From the human T2T-CHM13v2.0 reference genome, Homo sapiens, in the NCBI RefSeq assembly GCF_009914755.1, contig NC_060933.1: a DNA stretch of 64,000 nucleotides, one strand, 5' to 3'. The notes beneath the pieces are model-generated. The model searched no databases and was not told the origin of the DNA. It saw nothing but the letters and a program-made list of their open reading frames with translations. A program made the translations under genes and the position numbers. This document shows, in pieces, positions 1-13,536 of the stretch; the stretch's first letter is position 1; each line of letters begins with the position of its first letter.

Positions 1-2094
1 GAAAGAAAATTAAAACCTGCTTCTACCATATACCCTCCTCCTTCCTCCTAAATACTTTAATTAAGCTCTCCATGAGAGGTCACCAGGATGAAGACATAGC
101 AGCTCTGACTTTTCTCATTATCCATCTCCTAGAGACTAGATGTGATTAGACTGACTGAATCTTTTGAGCCCAGGGAAGCATCGTGAAATTTGTGGTGTCC
201 CTGAAAAGATATATCTGAAAAGATATTATCATTAGTTGTGCAAATATCCCAAATAAGGGAGCACTATAGAGAATTTAAACTTTGCAAGTTCACTGATGGA
301 TAAAAATTCTGTATGTGTGCATCTGTCACTTCTTGGATATCTGACTCTGCTTCCAAAGAGTAGATTATATCCAGATGGGCTTCTGTCACCTGGCTACAGC
401 AACAGCATGCAACATTTTAAATTTATTTATTTGCAGCCATACCCTGTGTTCTTTTGTTTTCCCTGGCTACTTCCCGCATAGCCCAGAGGCAGGTGTTACA
501 ATCCCAGTGGCCTGATCCTCTTGTAAGAACACCACCAGCACACCAGGGCATGACTGCCTAGGCTGCTGCCAGATGGGGAGATCTTGAATGGAAATAGTCA
601 CACATTGAAATGGTGCCAAGTAGCAGGCAGTCTTGCAAAACCAACATGGCTTTGGAGACACAATACCTCTGATGAGTGAGAGGCGTGGTGGTATTTGTGG
701 AAACCCAGCTGTTGCAGACGGTGGCATTAACTTGCCCAGCTTTGGCGACAGTTGTCTGAGTTTGGGATCACTGAACCTTAATATAGAATTTTTTCTGGCC
801 CTAGTATTATCTGCGGGTAAACCGTAGCCTTGGGTCTCAGCTGCAGCTGTATACAATATTTCTAAAGACAGACTTTTCCAGTTCGACTAGCGAGAATGTA
901 TTAAATCACATGGCCATGTGTTCACTTCTAAACTGGAAATTCAACTTTAGTTGGGAACTGGCCTAGCAGGAGAACAAAGGCCATATAAAAGTTTCAAGGA
1001 AGAGGAAATTGTTCTCTTACATGACTGTGGACCTACTAAATGAAGCAATATTGCAAGATTCAGCTAGGAGGTTGAGTGAAAACAGAAGCCTTGGGCTGCC
1101 TTCTGGCCACTTTGAACAAAGAGACATAAAGCATGTTTAGGAGGAAGGAGTGTGGATTGAGCTTTGATCTTCTGGACACTGTTAAACCCACTCTTACATC
1201 CAAACATAAGAAGGGCTGATTATCTGTTAACTTTCTCTAGTTTCCTTCCTCGTTCCATCTTCTCAGTGGGAAAATGAGTGGGTTTATTCTCAACTCCCTT
1301 TCAGCCTCATGACTTTACAAATGATTTATTGGATGCCTGTCCTTGTGCCCAGCCATGTACCAGGAGGACTGAGTGATATAAAGGACTTCTATTTTTGAGA
1401 AGTTGAACAATGAAATATGCACTCACTGTACAGCACCAGTAATAAAAGTGAGGGAGAGAGGGGGAGGCTCACTTAAGTGTGGTCTAGTTTTCTCGCTGTA
1501 ATGATGGCAGGCTCTGATCAGCCTCTTTTTCTTCTCTCTTTAATTCCTCTGTTCTTTCTTTCTATGAGACAGGAGCAAGAATTAAATGAATGACGTGAGG
1601 TAGGATCTAGAGAACTCCAGAAAATTGAATTGTCTGAGCTGTAGTGGCTTGACTGGCTGGCTGAGATAATCAGTCCTCCAAATTGGTCCTGCAATCTTAA
1701 GCTAGGCATTGGTAGACTGTGCCAAACCCACACATGGTTTTCACTGATCTCTCTATTTGTTCTCAGTTTCCACCTACCTCCCAACTCCTAAGCCTTTTCC
1801 CCCAGATGTCCATGCCCCAGGCTCTTTAAAATTACTGTTTAGCTGCCATTTACCAAGCTCTGAAATGTCCCATGTGCTATGTGGGTGCTCCATGATGTTC
1901 CAAGGGAGCAGTGTTGTAATCCATTTCAAAGGTGAGAAATACATTCTGCCTGAATATCCAGTAGGTGCTGGAGTTTTAATGCAAACTTGGAATTGCCCAT
2001 TCTTAGAGCCTGTGCTCTTTTTCTCTTGAAGTTTGTACAATGTGAGTTTTTGTAACACAGGGAATGAATAACGCTAAAATACTCACAGGGCACA

Positions 2095-2230
2095 TCTGAG
2101 ACTTTGCCTGGCAACTTACTAGGATGATAAGCTTCCTTTGTTGAAGTTTCTTTAGATCTCAGATTCCCTAGTTATGAAATAAGTGGGGTTGGACTGGCTG
2201 ATCCCACTCCAACCTCTTAGAGTCTGTGAG
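2095..2230 (+). mobile_element. MIR SINE fragment
   Basis: Degenerate MIR core (ctcagattccctagttatgaaataagtggggttggact...); boundaries approximate. Confidence 0.5.
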
Positions 2231-2434
2231 AGCTCAGGACAGAGCAGTTATATTTCTGTTAATCCTGGGAATTCTGCCTCTTAGGCCGGAGTCCTGGAAA
2301 CTTAGCTATTGGAGAGTAATCCGCTTCAGACAATGAGCCCTCTAAATGAGATTTTTTCCGACTAGATTGTAGTATTTCAGCTCTTTGTTCCCATGAACAC
2401 ACACATGCTTGGAGGTCCATGAGACCAAATCTGT

Positions 2435-2500
2435 TCTTTGGGAAAGATGATATCCCTCTTTCTTTGGGAAAGATAATATCCCATCTTTGGGAAAGATATC
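2435..2500. repeat. Short tandem repeat, 3 copies of TCTTTGGGAAAGAT(ratatccc)
   Basis: Copies start at 2435, 2461 and 2484, read directly. Confidence 0.9.
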
Positions 2501-5099
2501 AAATGCAGGAATGTAAGCAATTCCTGCATTTGAAAAAGACCAAATTTGGGGTATGTCCTGGGGGAAACTGTATTTGAAGAAGAAAGTTTATTACAAAGCT
2601 TTATGGAAGGAAAGAAGCTTAAGCGGTTCATGTAGATGAGCTCTAAGGCACTGCTGAAATAGGGGCCTAGGAAAGAAAAAGTGATTTAACCTGATCATAT
2701 GGAACAGAGGTAAAGCAGCAGCACTTTTACTGCCAAGATAGATGAAAGGGATGAAGAGAAAAAAGCCAAGGGCATATTACAGTAGGCTTGATAAATGTCA
2801 TCCTGAAATCTAACTCAGTATTTGAATGCTATAAATTGTGTTAAGAAATATAAGGCCAAATAAACCTTTGGGACTGTTTGTGACTGATTCAAGGCGACTG
2901 AGTTTAAACTGCTGCTGATGAAATGGATGAGGGTAGAATAATGGTATTAGCAATTTAACAAAATCCTAATAAATCAGAGACGAAACTTGATTTAAGTTAC
3001 ACAGAAAGCCTTGCCAGAGCACATGGCCTCAACTCGGCTGAAGCCTGTGATTAGGATGGGAGCTGAAGTTGGAGCATGGAATCGCTGCTATTTTGGATTC
3101 ACTTCTACATCCTAAGGAGGTTCCATCAAGTGGTAACAGGGAAAGCATCTGCTCTGAATTCACTCACCACATTTGCAAGCCTTGCGTTTTTGTCACATGT
3201 GAATCTCACCTGTGTACTCCCATTTTATCAACTCTCTGGTTTGAAATCATCTCATCCATCCCTCAGTTACCACCTTAGGAGCAAAGGTTTCATACCCAGT
3301 TAAGAAAGGACCTGGGAAGAAGGTAATAGGAAGTGAATATTTTATCAGCATAAGAAAGAGCTTTCATCTTATTTCTTAACCCCTGAGAGCCCTGTAATGT
3401 CAATATTTGTATAAAACATGAAAACAATGTTTGTAACATATATGCATATGAGGGCTAATAATTTAACATACAATTTCTGAAGTGTTCCATCTCCTAGAAT
3501 GATGGTTGCCCTGGGGCCTTCCACTCATGAAGCAATGGATTTAAGATCTTCAGGGAAAGGGTGGAGGCCAACTCTAGCAATGGAGTTATTTCTCATCTTT
3601 GACTAGCAAATAGGATTTTTGAGTCACTAGCAAGATAATAGTCTTCAAAGTCAGGCTTTGGTGAAGAAAAATAAATTTCTAAATTCCTTGAGCTCCCATT
3701 AACATGTCAGGAATCATTGCTGGTGGACTGGCTCATAGAGTTTCTATAAACCTTGATAGAGAAAACTTAGCATATAATGTAAGGGAAGCCTTGGCTACAC
3801 CGGAAAGGCAGGGAGAAATCTTGCATCTTTAGGGTTGAGGAATTGTGGGAAGAAGAAGATAGGAACCAGGGAACAGCCAAAGAGTTAAACACATGTGTTC
3901 ACAGTTTCGCTTCTTGGGAGAATCTTGAGTGAATCCAACAATGAGGTTGGTGGCCTGCTACCCTCACTGGAACCTCTGTGCTTTGCAACTGCAGGGGCAC
4001 CAGTTACATTGTATTCTTTGTGAACGGCCATTCCTGGAGTTTTGTAATGCTGTGGCCCTTTTTTCAAGCAAGGCCTTATGAGGACTTCAGGTCTCTAGGA
4101 AAAATCTGGTAGAAGGATATGGGGCAGCACCAGTAGAGGAAAGTGGCTTGAGGGGCGAGCCTCTGGAAGCTCTCTTGGCTCTGCTGAACTTTGGTGTGTT
4201 GGGTAAAAGGTCTGAAGCTTGCTTCATGGCCTGGTGAGAACTCACAGAGCTGCCAAGAAGGGCCTGGCATCAGAAATAAGCAACTACCAAGGACAGGAAA
4301 GTCAACAACAAATGCCAGCCATGAGCATCAGATGATAAACTTCATGCCACGAGGCCAGGTGAAATTGTCAGAATTGGCAAATGCCAATCCTGAGATCAGA
4401 TCGACACCCCATGCCAGGTTGGCAGAGAGGGGCAGTACCCAGGCCAGCTTTCTCTCACCACCTCAACCCCCTTCCTATGTCTCCACTCCCCCAGTTATCA
4501 GAAATACCCTCAAGCTTTCACCTCCACCCAGAAGCCATCTTGAAAAGCAGGAAGAAGACGGGGGTAAACAGCTCTGTTCAAAGAGTTTAAGTTAAAATTA
4601 TATGAATGTTTGTTCCCAAAAAAGCATTTGAATATGTAGATACTATTAATTTCCAAATTCTGCCCTTATTCTCACCCCATCTCCCTACTATCTAGCAAGA
4701 TTGGGAGGGAGACTGGCAGTTAATAAGGAAGACTGGATCAGTTAAAGACTATAAAGAAGCTTGTATTTTGTTTTGTTTTGTTTTTGCCAGCTTAGTGAAG
4801 TATGCATTTGCAATCCTGTTCTACCATGTTGGTGCATAGCTCTTAGTCCTTTAGACAAACAGCTCTTAAACAATTCTACTGTGATTTGTCTGAGATTCCT
4901 AGAAATCTCCTACCTTCCAAGTAAGGAAGGGATTAATGGCTGAGTACACACACTCTGGGATGGAGTTAAAGCATCAGACTCTTGGGGCTGGAGCCATCTG
5001 GGAGACCATCTCATTAATGAAAGGTTTTATTTTCAGACAGAAAACTGCAACCCAAGAAGCTTCTACTTCTTGTCTTCTGGAACTCTATCTGGGGTCTCT

Positions 5100-5387
5100 G
5101 AGTTGCTGAAAAGAAGCCTGACTACCCACCTACACATGCTAGAGAACATCTAGACACTCCATTCCCACCAATGTGTTAAACATTGAGTGAGCTGTCTTAG
5201 ACCATACTTACTCATTCACCAGATGAATTCCACCTAGTGACTTCAGTTTATATCACGTGAAGAAGAAAAATTGCCAACCTGAGCCCTTTCCGAATTCCTG
5301 ATCCAAAATCATTAGATAAAATAAAATGCCAGTTGTTTTAACTGGTTACAGTTTGGGATGGTCTGCTATCCAGCCATAGGCAACTAG
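5100..5387 (+). mobile_element. Old MaLR LTR 3' part (MLT1J/K-like)
   Basis: Typical MLT1 end: aattcctgatccaaaatc...aataaaatgccagttgtttta...gtttgggatggtctgctatccagccatag. Confidence 0.6.
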
Positions 5388-5966
5388 TGTAGTAGAAAGA
5401 AAGTGCAATAGAGTGTTAGAAAAGAAGAAATTAATGCTAATTTGGGAGATCTCTGGGATAGGGGGAGGTAGGGTATAAGTATAGCTTTAGAAATGGCCAG
5501 ACCTTGGGCAAGTGGTGATGGTGAGAGGCATGGAGAGGAGAGTAAGAAAGCTGTGGAAGTGGAAGCACATAGAGAATGTTCTGAGCTTGCCCAGAGTGAC
5601 TGGAGTGAGGCTGGCATGAATGGGAGCAGCAACAGGGAGAGATTTTTGAAAAAAGTCACTGGTTAATGCCAAGACTGTGCATGACATTAAGGATGCTTGT
5701 TACTACCAAAAAGGAAGTTTTAAAGTGAAAGCCTTGTCTCCGGTTATTGCTCCAGTGTCAGAAGCTGTCTATTGAAATATGTCACAGTGATAAACAACTA
5801 GGTTCATGTGTTCAGCCTGAACCCTAATGTGAGTTTTCTTTCTCCAGTGGAAGTACTAAACTGTGGCTTACACTAAATCTATATGACCTTTGGGTGGTTC
5901 CCTGGTAAGGAGTTAAACCTAAAACCTACATCCTCAAAAGTCCCAGAAAGAAATTCTGATTTACCC

Positions 5967-6339
5967 TTTATCAGTCTATTCTCACACTGCTATAAAGATA
6001 CAATCTGAGACTGGGTAATTTCTAAACTAAACGAAAGAGTTTTAATTGATTCACAGTTCTGCATGGCTGGAGAGGCCTCAGGAAACTTACAATCATGGCA
6101 GAAGGCAAAGGGGAAGCAAGGCACATCTTACACGGCAGCAGGAGAGACCGAGCAAGCACGAGGAAGTGCCACACTTTTAAACCATCAAGATCTCACGAGA
6201 ACTCCCTCACTGTCATGAGAACAGCATGGAAGAAACCATCCCCATGATCCAATCACCTCCCACCAGGTCTCTCCCTCAACATGTGGGGATTACAATTCAA
6301 GATGAGAGTTGGGTGGGGACATAGAGCCAAACCATATCA
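5967..6339 (-). mobile_element. MaLR solo LTR (THE1D/MSTA-like)
   Basis: gaggcctcaggaaacttacaatcatggcagaagg core; ends gccaaaccatatca (reverse complement of TGATATGGTTTGGC). Confidence 0.9.
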
Positions 6340-6497
6340 GAACCCTTGGTTAATCTCCCTGCAACATAGGGATGGCCATTCCTAGAGTTGTGCAATTTGT
6401 GCAATTCTGAAATTCCAGCTATGTGTGTAATTCTGAAATTCCTGTATTAATGGCCCTTCCTTTTCAGGTTTCAGAATCCCCTTATTAAATCGTCACC

Positions 6498-7110
6498 ATT
6501 CTGCTCATTTATTTGTTTAACAAATGTTTCTTGATGGCCTACTCTATATGCCAGGCACAGCTTTAGATACTTCCCAACATTGACTAAGATAGACAAGCCT
6601 GTGGTTCTGGGAGGAACACCATTGGAGGAAACCAATGGTAAACAAGTAAACAAGCAAGCACACAGGATAATTGCAGGAGGTATAAGAAAAGAAACTAGCA
6701 CATGTAACACAAAACCAGCACATGTGATGGAAGGCAGGGTACAATATTTTATAAGAGATCATGATTGCCTCTCTGGGGAGACAACGTTTGAGTCAATATT
6801 TGAATCATAAAGAAGAAACAACCATGTGAGAACTGGAGGAAGGGCTTTTAGCGAGCAGAAACAGTCAGTGCAGAGACCCAGAGGCTGGAACCAATTTTGC
6901 CTGTCTGGAGAACAGAAAGAAAGAGAGTGTGGAATAGTGAGTGAAAGGGGGACAGTCAGAACAGATCAGAGAGTCAGGCAGTGTTGGCCATGGAAAGTCT
7001 GTGGGGCCTGGGCAGAAGCTGGTTTTCATTTCAAGCGTAGAGGGAAGCAGTAGGAGAGAGCATGAGTAGGTTTATTTTTAAGCAGATCTTTGGCTGATGA
7101 AATGAATTGT
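6498..7110 (-). mobile_element. L2 LINE 3' fragment
   Basis: ctcatttatttgtttaacaaatgtttcttgatggcctactctatatgccaggcacag is the reverse complement of the L2 tail. Confidence 0.75.
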
Positions 7111-7143
7111 CAATATTAGTTATGAAGTTACTGGGGATTCAAC

Positions 7144-7334
7144 CAGAGGTTGGCACACTTGTTTTCTGTAAAAGGCCAGAGAGTAAATATTTTAGGCTTT
7201 GGGGCAATTTAGTCTCTGTTGCAACTACTCAATTCTGCCTCACAAAAGCAGCCACACACAAGATGTGTAACTTTAGTTACAAAAACAGGTGGTGGACTAG
7301 ATTTGTCCCAAGGGCTGTAGTTTGGAGACCACTA
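7144..7334 (-). mobile_element. MER58A hAT-Charlie MITE
   Basis: ttttctgtaaaaggccagagagtaaatattttaggcttt...gtctctgttgcaactactcaa...gggctgtagtttg; degenerate TIRs at both ends. Confidence 0.85.
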
Positions 7335-7585
7335 TATTGGATAATGGGGTGTGGGAAAAGTAGGCAGTTGAGTGCACCAAGCAGAGTGGGGATGTATGGT
7401 TAGTGGGAGCATGGAGAATTCTAAGAGGCAAGGCCACAGGCTCTGAGAGAAAAGGCAGGTGGAGGAGAAGGATGTCAGTGACAGATTCTGCATTTTCTAA
7501 TTTCGCAAGGGCTGACCCCCATGAGCACGTGTGTGCATGTCTGCGTTCAGCCTGGTGGCAACATGGACCAAAGGCTCTGGTGTAC

Positions 7586-7756
7586 TGGGGTGGCTGGTTT
7601 TGTGGGCCATGAAACCTAACAATATGGGAGTGCTCTTTAAGAAAGTGAGTATAAAATTACAAATACAAAATTGAGGACAGGGCCTTGGAAGAAACGTAGG
7701 CAAGTGACAGGCCGTGAAGCGTGAGGCTTATTAGCTCCAGGGTAAATTTACCTCTG
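7586..7756. mobile_element. MER53-like hAT MITE
   Basis: ctctttaagaaag...aaaattacaaatacaaaatt...agggccttggaag...ttagctccagggtaaatttacctctg. Confidence 0.65.
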
Positions 7757-9004
7757 CTTGTGTATACCTACTCTCTCCCCACAAGCTCACAGCAACAATC
7801 TGAGCCTCATTAAGTCAGACTGTTTCAAATAAAACCTCTTTTAGTGACAGCTGGTGCATGATCGATACTTCGAAACACTCAGAATCCTAAACAAGGAAAA
7901 GGGCACCTGCTCTGGGTCCTGCTGTGTCTGATTTGTCATCACCAGGGTGCAGGTGCTCAGGCCTCGCCCCACCCCGCTGTCCTTAGCAACACAAACAGCA
8001 GTAACTGGAAGCCACACTGCAGCTTGTGTGGCTGATGTTTGCTTTATGTCCTCATACTTCTATTGCTGGAAATGACACTGGAACCCAGAAAGAATGTATG
8101 CTGGTGCTTTAGGTCATGAAATGGGAGAAATTTTGTGGATTGTGTTTATTCTATCTTATCCTGAAAAATTTTGTCTGTGAGACAGCCCCTCCTCTGGATT
8201 CCACAGATCTGTACGGGGAAAATACTATAATAAGCACCTGCAGTGGGAGCTCAGTCTCCAGTGCATCTAGGCATGAGTGGAACTGCCCTGTGGAAGGTTG
8301 GAGGAGAGGGTGTGCTTGGTAGCTTAGGAGAAAGAGAGAGAGGTAAGGGCAAGGGGGAGAGAGGGATGGAGCCAGTGGATGGTGAAAGGCCTTGCCCTCT
8401 GCAGTGTGAGCTCCCTTCAAATCTCTGCTCTGTCCTTTCCCTATTATGCAAATTGTCAGTTAAATTTATGAAGTCAAGGAAGGAAGGAATGAGGGACATA
8501 AAGTGCTTGATGCACATGATTTTCTTTAGAAACAATAGAAGTAGCTGAATTCTTCAGCAAGCATGTGGAGGAGGATGTTGGAAGTGGGTGAGTGGTAAGC
8601 AAAATGGATAAGGAGGATGGAAGCCATGGAAACTCGTGGGAATTGTGCGGGAGGCTTAGGTTGCCACAGCTCTGGATTTAAGGTTGGTTCCAAATTTAAC
8701 CACATCTATGAAATACAGAGGGGCCCTGCCTGAGAGCTCTGGTGGTGGCAGATGGCACGTGCCTGGGTCGCACAGCAGCCAGCAGGCACAGCCTGTTGAT
8801 GAGCACATGTGAGACATCCCTTTAGGCCTCCAGAAACATTGGGCAATTTAGCAAGGGGCTGATTTTCTGTGTGAGTAGATGGGTCTATGGAAATCAATGA
8901 GATGTGGGTATAAAAGTCCTGTGACCTCATTGGAGACCACAGGGGAGAGAGGCCTGGGGACATTTAGGCTGCCATGGGTTGCATATCTACCTACATCACC
9001 TGAT

Positions 9005-9170
9005 GTAAAGTTACTGAGACCACAAACCTTGTCTTATTCATTGTCATAACTCTTCCTGTCCCCCAATCACCTTTCCCAACTTACCCAGTGCCTAGCATAA
9101 CCCCTGGCATATATGGTATTCACTCAGTGAATATATGTGCAATGAATAAATGAATAAAGAATGCATGAAT
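9005..9170 (+). mobile_element. L2 LINE 3' end
   Basis: ccagtgcctagcataacccctggcatata...tgaataaatgaataaagaatgcatgaat tail. Confidence 0.7.
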
Positions 9171-9651
9171 AAAACACTCTTATGCAGGAGTCTGCACCCT
9201 GGCCCATGCTATCCTTCAGGCTTGATCAACTCTAGCTTCTTCCTGGACTTTTGGTCTCTATCTGCCATGAGAGAATTAATGGTGCTATCACAGCATCATT
9301 CAGGCTGACACTTAGAATTATAGAATGGCAGAGCTGGAAAGGACCCTAGAGCAGAGTCCAATGCTTTTGATGAAATCTGAGCCCTTAAAAGAAAAGCCAA
9401 GTGACTTCCATTTATCTGAAATCAAAACAAGCAAGAAATGCGAATGACTAGAATATTTTTTATACACCCTATTTATAAGAATACCTTATATATGTGAAGG
9501 TTTTTATGGGATATCAAGTTCTCTCACTTACATTATCTCACTGGATTTTCATAGTATATTTTTAAGTAGTCATTGATCTCCGTTTTAGAAAGGGTGAGTG
9601 ACTTAACCCAGATCATTCAGCTGGCTAATGACAGCCGGTGTTCAAAGTGGT

Positions 9652-10094
9652 TGCTTTAGTTCTTTCTCACACAGCTACAAAGAACTACCTGAGACGGGTA
9701 ATTAATGAAGAAAAGAGGTTTAATTGGCTCACAGTTTTACAGGTTGTACAGGAGGCATTGCTAGGGAGGCGTCAGGAAACTTACAATCATAGTGGAAGGT
9801 GAAGTAGAAGCAAGCACGTCTTCACATGGCTGGCAGGAGAGAGAGAGGGAGGGAGGGAGGGAGGGAGAGAGAGAGAGAGAGACAGAGAGAGAGAGAGAGA
9901 AGGGGGAGGTGAGACACACTTTTAAACAACCAGACCTCATGAGAACTCTATCATGAGACAGCACTAGGGAATGGTGCTAAACCATTAGAAACCACCCCCG
10001 TGATCCAGTCACCTCCCACCAGGCCCCACCTCCAACACTGGGAATTACAATTCAGCATAAGCTTTGGGTGGGGACACAGAGCAAAACCTTATCA
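9652..10094 (-). mobile_element. MSTA-like MaLR solo LTR with internal (GA)n expansion
   Basis: MST core; perfect 5-bp TSD GTGGT at 9647-9651 and 10095-10099; GA tract about 9836-9905. Confidence 0.92.
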
Positions 10095-10317
10095 GTGGTC
10101 TACCGATTCCAGGTCCAATGTGATATCCACCATCTGGCAGGAAGCTTACCAGTTCATGGATAACAAATAGGCAAACTGATCTCAAGCATCTCCTTGGTAA
10201 GAAACACAGCTTCTAGGTGCTCTCAGTCTCCTATTTCTTAGATAACTCCAGAGCTATATGGCAAAATTCTAGATAAAAGACACATGCTGTTCCACTAATT
10301 CTGCCAAGCTGTGAGAG

Positions 10318-10776
10318 AGTCCGAGTTTCCCATTGCCCCTGTAACAAATTACCGCAAACTTAATGTTTTGGATGTCTTATGGTTCTGGAAGTCACATGTC
10401 GGAAATGAGTTGTACAAGGCTAAAATCGAAGTGTCAGCAGGGTATATTTCTTCTGCAGCTCTCAAAGGGGAATCTGTTCCTTTCTCCTTTCAGCTTCTAG
10501 AAGTTGCTGGCATTCCTCGGCTTGTAGCCCTCTCTCTCCAATCTCTGCTTCTGTCCTCACATAGCTTTCTCCCCTGACTCTCTGACTCCTCCTGCATTCC
10601 CTTTATAAGGACTATTGTGATTACATTAGGCCCAGAATAATCCAGGATAACCTCCCCATTTCAAGATCCTTGATTTAACCATCTTGACAAAGACCCTTTC
10701 GCCATGTAAGGTTAAATTCACAGGGTCTGGAATTAGAGCATGAACATATTTAGGGGATATTATTCAGCCTACCACA
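10318..10776 (-). mobile_element. MLT1 (C/D-like) MaLR solo LTR
   Basis: gtaacaaattaccgcaaactta...ataatccaggataacctcccc...tattcagcctaccaca. Confidence 0.85.
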
Positions 10777-11582
10777 GGGAAGAATTTTACTTTTATAATG
10801 TGTCAGGTTCAGCAGTTTTCAAAGAAATATTTAAAAATTATACTTGCCAAAGGGTTTATCTGAGAAGAGAATGGGAAGATTATGGTATAAAAGCCACTGT
10901 ACTCCCAACAATGAGGAAGAAGCTATCTTCCTCAATTTCTCTAGGGCATGGACTGTCCTCCCATGTACCCTCCTTAGTCTCTGAGTTCAGAGTAGAGATG
11001 GAGGTAGCCAGACTGGTATCTATGAATAGAGAAAAATTTTTTCAGTCTTGGCTTTTGAGCCTCTACTACCTATAGGTATGAGTGCCAAATGCCAGTATTT
11101 ACATGCATATTAATCAGTCTTTGGTATCAATGTGTTTTTCAGTGTGAGGTTGTGGGTCTCAGCTTGAGAACCTGGGCTGTCTCTATCCTAGGATTTAAAC
11201 CTGTCTGAGCATGTCCAGAGGGCCCAGCAAAGGACCCTCTTTGCCTGTGGGACCCAGGAGCCTGCAAGATGAGACAAAAAGAGCACGGAAGCTGCGTGCT
11301 TGGAGCAAAAAAAGTCTAAAGGCAGTGGAGAACAAGGGCCATGTCTCTCACTAAGAGTACCCCTTGCTCCAGCTCTATAGGCTCATAGCCAACAAAGTTA
11401 AACAATGAGTACAAGCTAAAAGGTCTGTTTCTCTAAAATCCCTGGGGGACATTGAGAATGCAGAAAAGCCTTCACTGACTTGGCAGCATGATGCTGCTGG
11501 TTTGAGCAGCAACAGGAAATGTAATAGGCAGCTTTTATAGTGGCACCTCATGCTTTTTAGGGTTTAGAAGGCAGTTAGTAGG

Positions 11583-11946
11583 TGTATTAGTCCATTTTCA
11601 TACTGCTATGAAGAAATACCTGAGACTGGGTAATTTATAAAGAAAAAGAAGTTTAATGGACTCACAGCTCCACAGGGCTAGGGAGGCCTCACTATCACGG
11701 CAGAAGGCAAAGGAGGAGCTAAGGCACGTGTTACACGGTGGCAGGCAAGAGGGTGTGGGCAGGGGAACTGCACTTTATAAAACCATCAGATCTCATGAGA
11801 CTTATTCACTGTCATAAGAACAGCATGTGAAAAACCTGCCCCCATGATTCAATTACCTCCCACAGAGTCCCTCCCATGACACATGCGGATTATGGGAGCT
11901 AAAACTCAGGATGAGATTTGGGTGGGGACACAGCCAAACCATATCA
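11583..11946 (-). mobile_element. THE1 (B/C-like) solo LTR
   Basis: tgtattagtcc...cagccaaaccatatca; perfect TSD GTAGG at 11578-11582 and 11947-11951. Confidence 0.95.
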
Positions 11947-13421
11947 GTAGGGGAGGAGAACAATAGTAAGAACACATTTTAGAATTCCCCAAGGATGAGT
12001 TGAAGGGCTGAAGAGCTTTGAAGATGAGCTGAAGCTCTTGAAATTGCTAGTTGCAACAAAACCAGAGAATATTTGTGGCAGAATAATATTTTTAAATATT
12101 AACAGGAATCATAATTTTCCTATTATTTTCTATTACCCTGTAATCCCATGACCCATTTTTGTTTCAAGCCCAGACCCAGACTTGGAGGTGTTGATTACCA
12201 CGGACAATTGATGTTATTACAACAGCAGAATAAAGGCTTTGAGTTTCATAAGCCTAGCCTTGAGGGCACTTAAGGCATAAACAGTAGATTTGCATTAATA
12301 TCTGATGAGTTAGAAAAAGGTGGTTTACTTCCAAACTAGAAAAAGATTCCCTGAATCTGGGGAGAAGGGGATGGTGGTGGTGGTGATGGTGGGGAGGAAT
12401 AAAGGGGAAGCCAGTAATGAATGTATGAGGTGGATTTGGGGAAGAGGATATGGGAGTTTATTCCATTCTATTCTATCTGTTACTAACCTGGGAGGTGAAA
12501 GCACCTCCAATTCGATTAGGGATATCTGAGAACAAAGATCCCTTGAGCCTCCCTGTCCTAAGTAGCTCCCTAGGAAAGAGACTACACCCCACACTACACT
12601 CCTGCATGTTGTTTTGGTACATGGGGTTCTACACAGCCTTGTGGATCTTACCATGGCTCAGCGTGGTGTGGGAGCCCACAGAATTGTGCCCCGTCCCTCA
12701 GTGGAGCATGGCAGTAGGCATGAAGGACAACCCAGTGATTGTTTTCATGTGCAATTGATGTACTGTTGGAAATAGGAATGTCTCAAAGGATGTTGATCTG
12801 GAGAGACGATGACATAGAGTGCCTCCTTCTCACAATGATACCACTTAAACCCCCTCCCCAGACTTACACACAATCCCAGGGAAAAGGTAAATCCAAAATA
12901 GAATGTGATTCAGTCTATGCTATTTTGGCATAAAGGGAAATCAAAATAGAAATCATATTGTTCAGTTGCAGAAAAATAAATACAATCGTACTTTGTTGAC
13001 ATCTGAGTGAGGGGACCACACTTTGCATTCTCTACATTCTGTAGTTGCATTTGCAGGTGACCTGAAACTCCCTGGTGTATAGCAAGGTACCATTTTGATG
13101 AGGCAAGAATTTCAATCCTTCACGTATGGTAATGAGATATTTATCTGAAATGTGCTTCTATTTGATCAGCAGCATCTCAGTGTTGCTCTTGCATATGAAG
13201 TTACTCTCAGTGAGGGTCTGAGCAGATTACATAAAATTTAATTTTTATTTACCTAATATATTGCCCAGGACTTGGGGGAATGTGATCACAGCAAATTCTA
13301 TGCTGTAATGATTTTGTTAATCTGAATATTTGGAACAGCTTTGGGATATATTTAAGTCATTTGTGATGTTTGATGTCTTCAAAAATTGATCAGCAGTAGA
13401 GAATATTTAGAGAAAATAGAT

Positions 13422-13536
13422 TATTTTTTGAATGTGTTATGCAAAGTTTTGAACATATCCCAAATAAGAGAGAACAGTATAATGTTCCCCCATGTTCCCA
13501 TTCCCCAGCTTCAACTATTAATATTCTGCCAATCTG
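13422..13536 (-). mobile_element. Old L1M (MC/ME-like) 3' end fragment
   Basis: aagagagaacagtataatgttcccccatgttcccattccccagcttcaactattaa resembles old L1M 3' termini. Confidence 0.55.

Noticed and set aside
2435-2500. Repeat-spacer-like pattern
   Set aside because: Not CRISPR: eukaryotic DNA, no unique spacers, no cas genes
4191-4595. 134-aa ORF in unique sequence
   Set aside because: No homology I recognise, non-ATG start, no supporting splice structure
13057-13086. Possible 30-nt microexon (tttgcag|GTGACC...CAAG|gtacca)
   Set aside because: Poor polypyrimidine tract and weak donor; expected by chance
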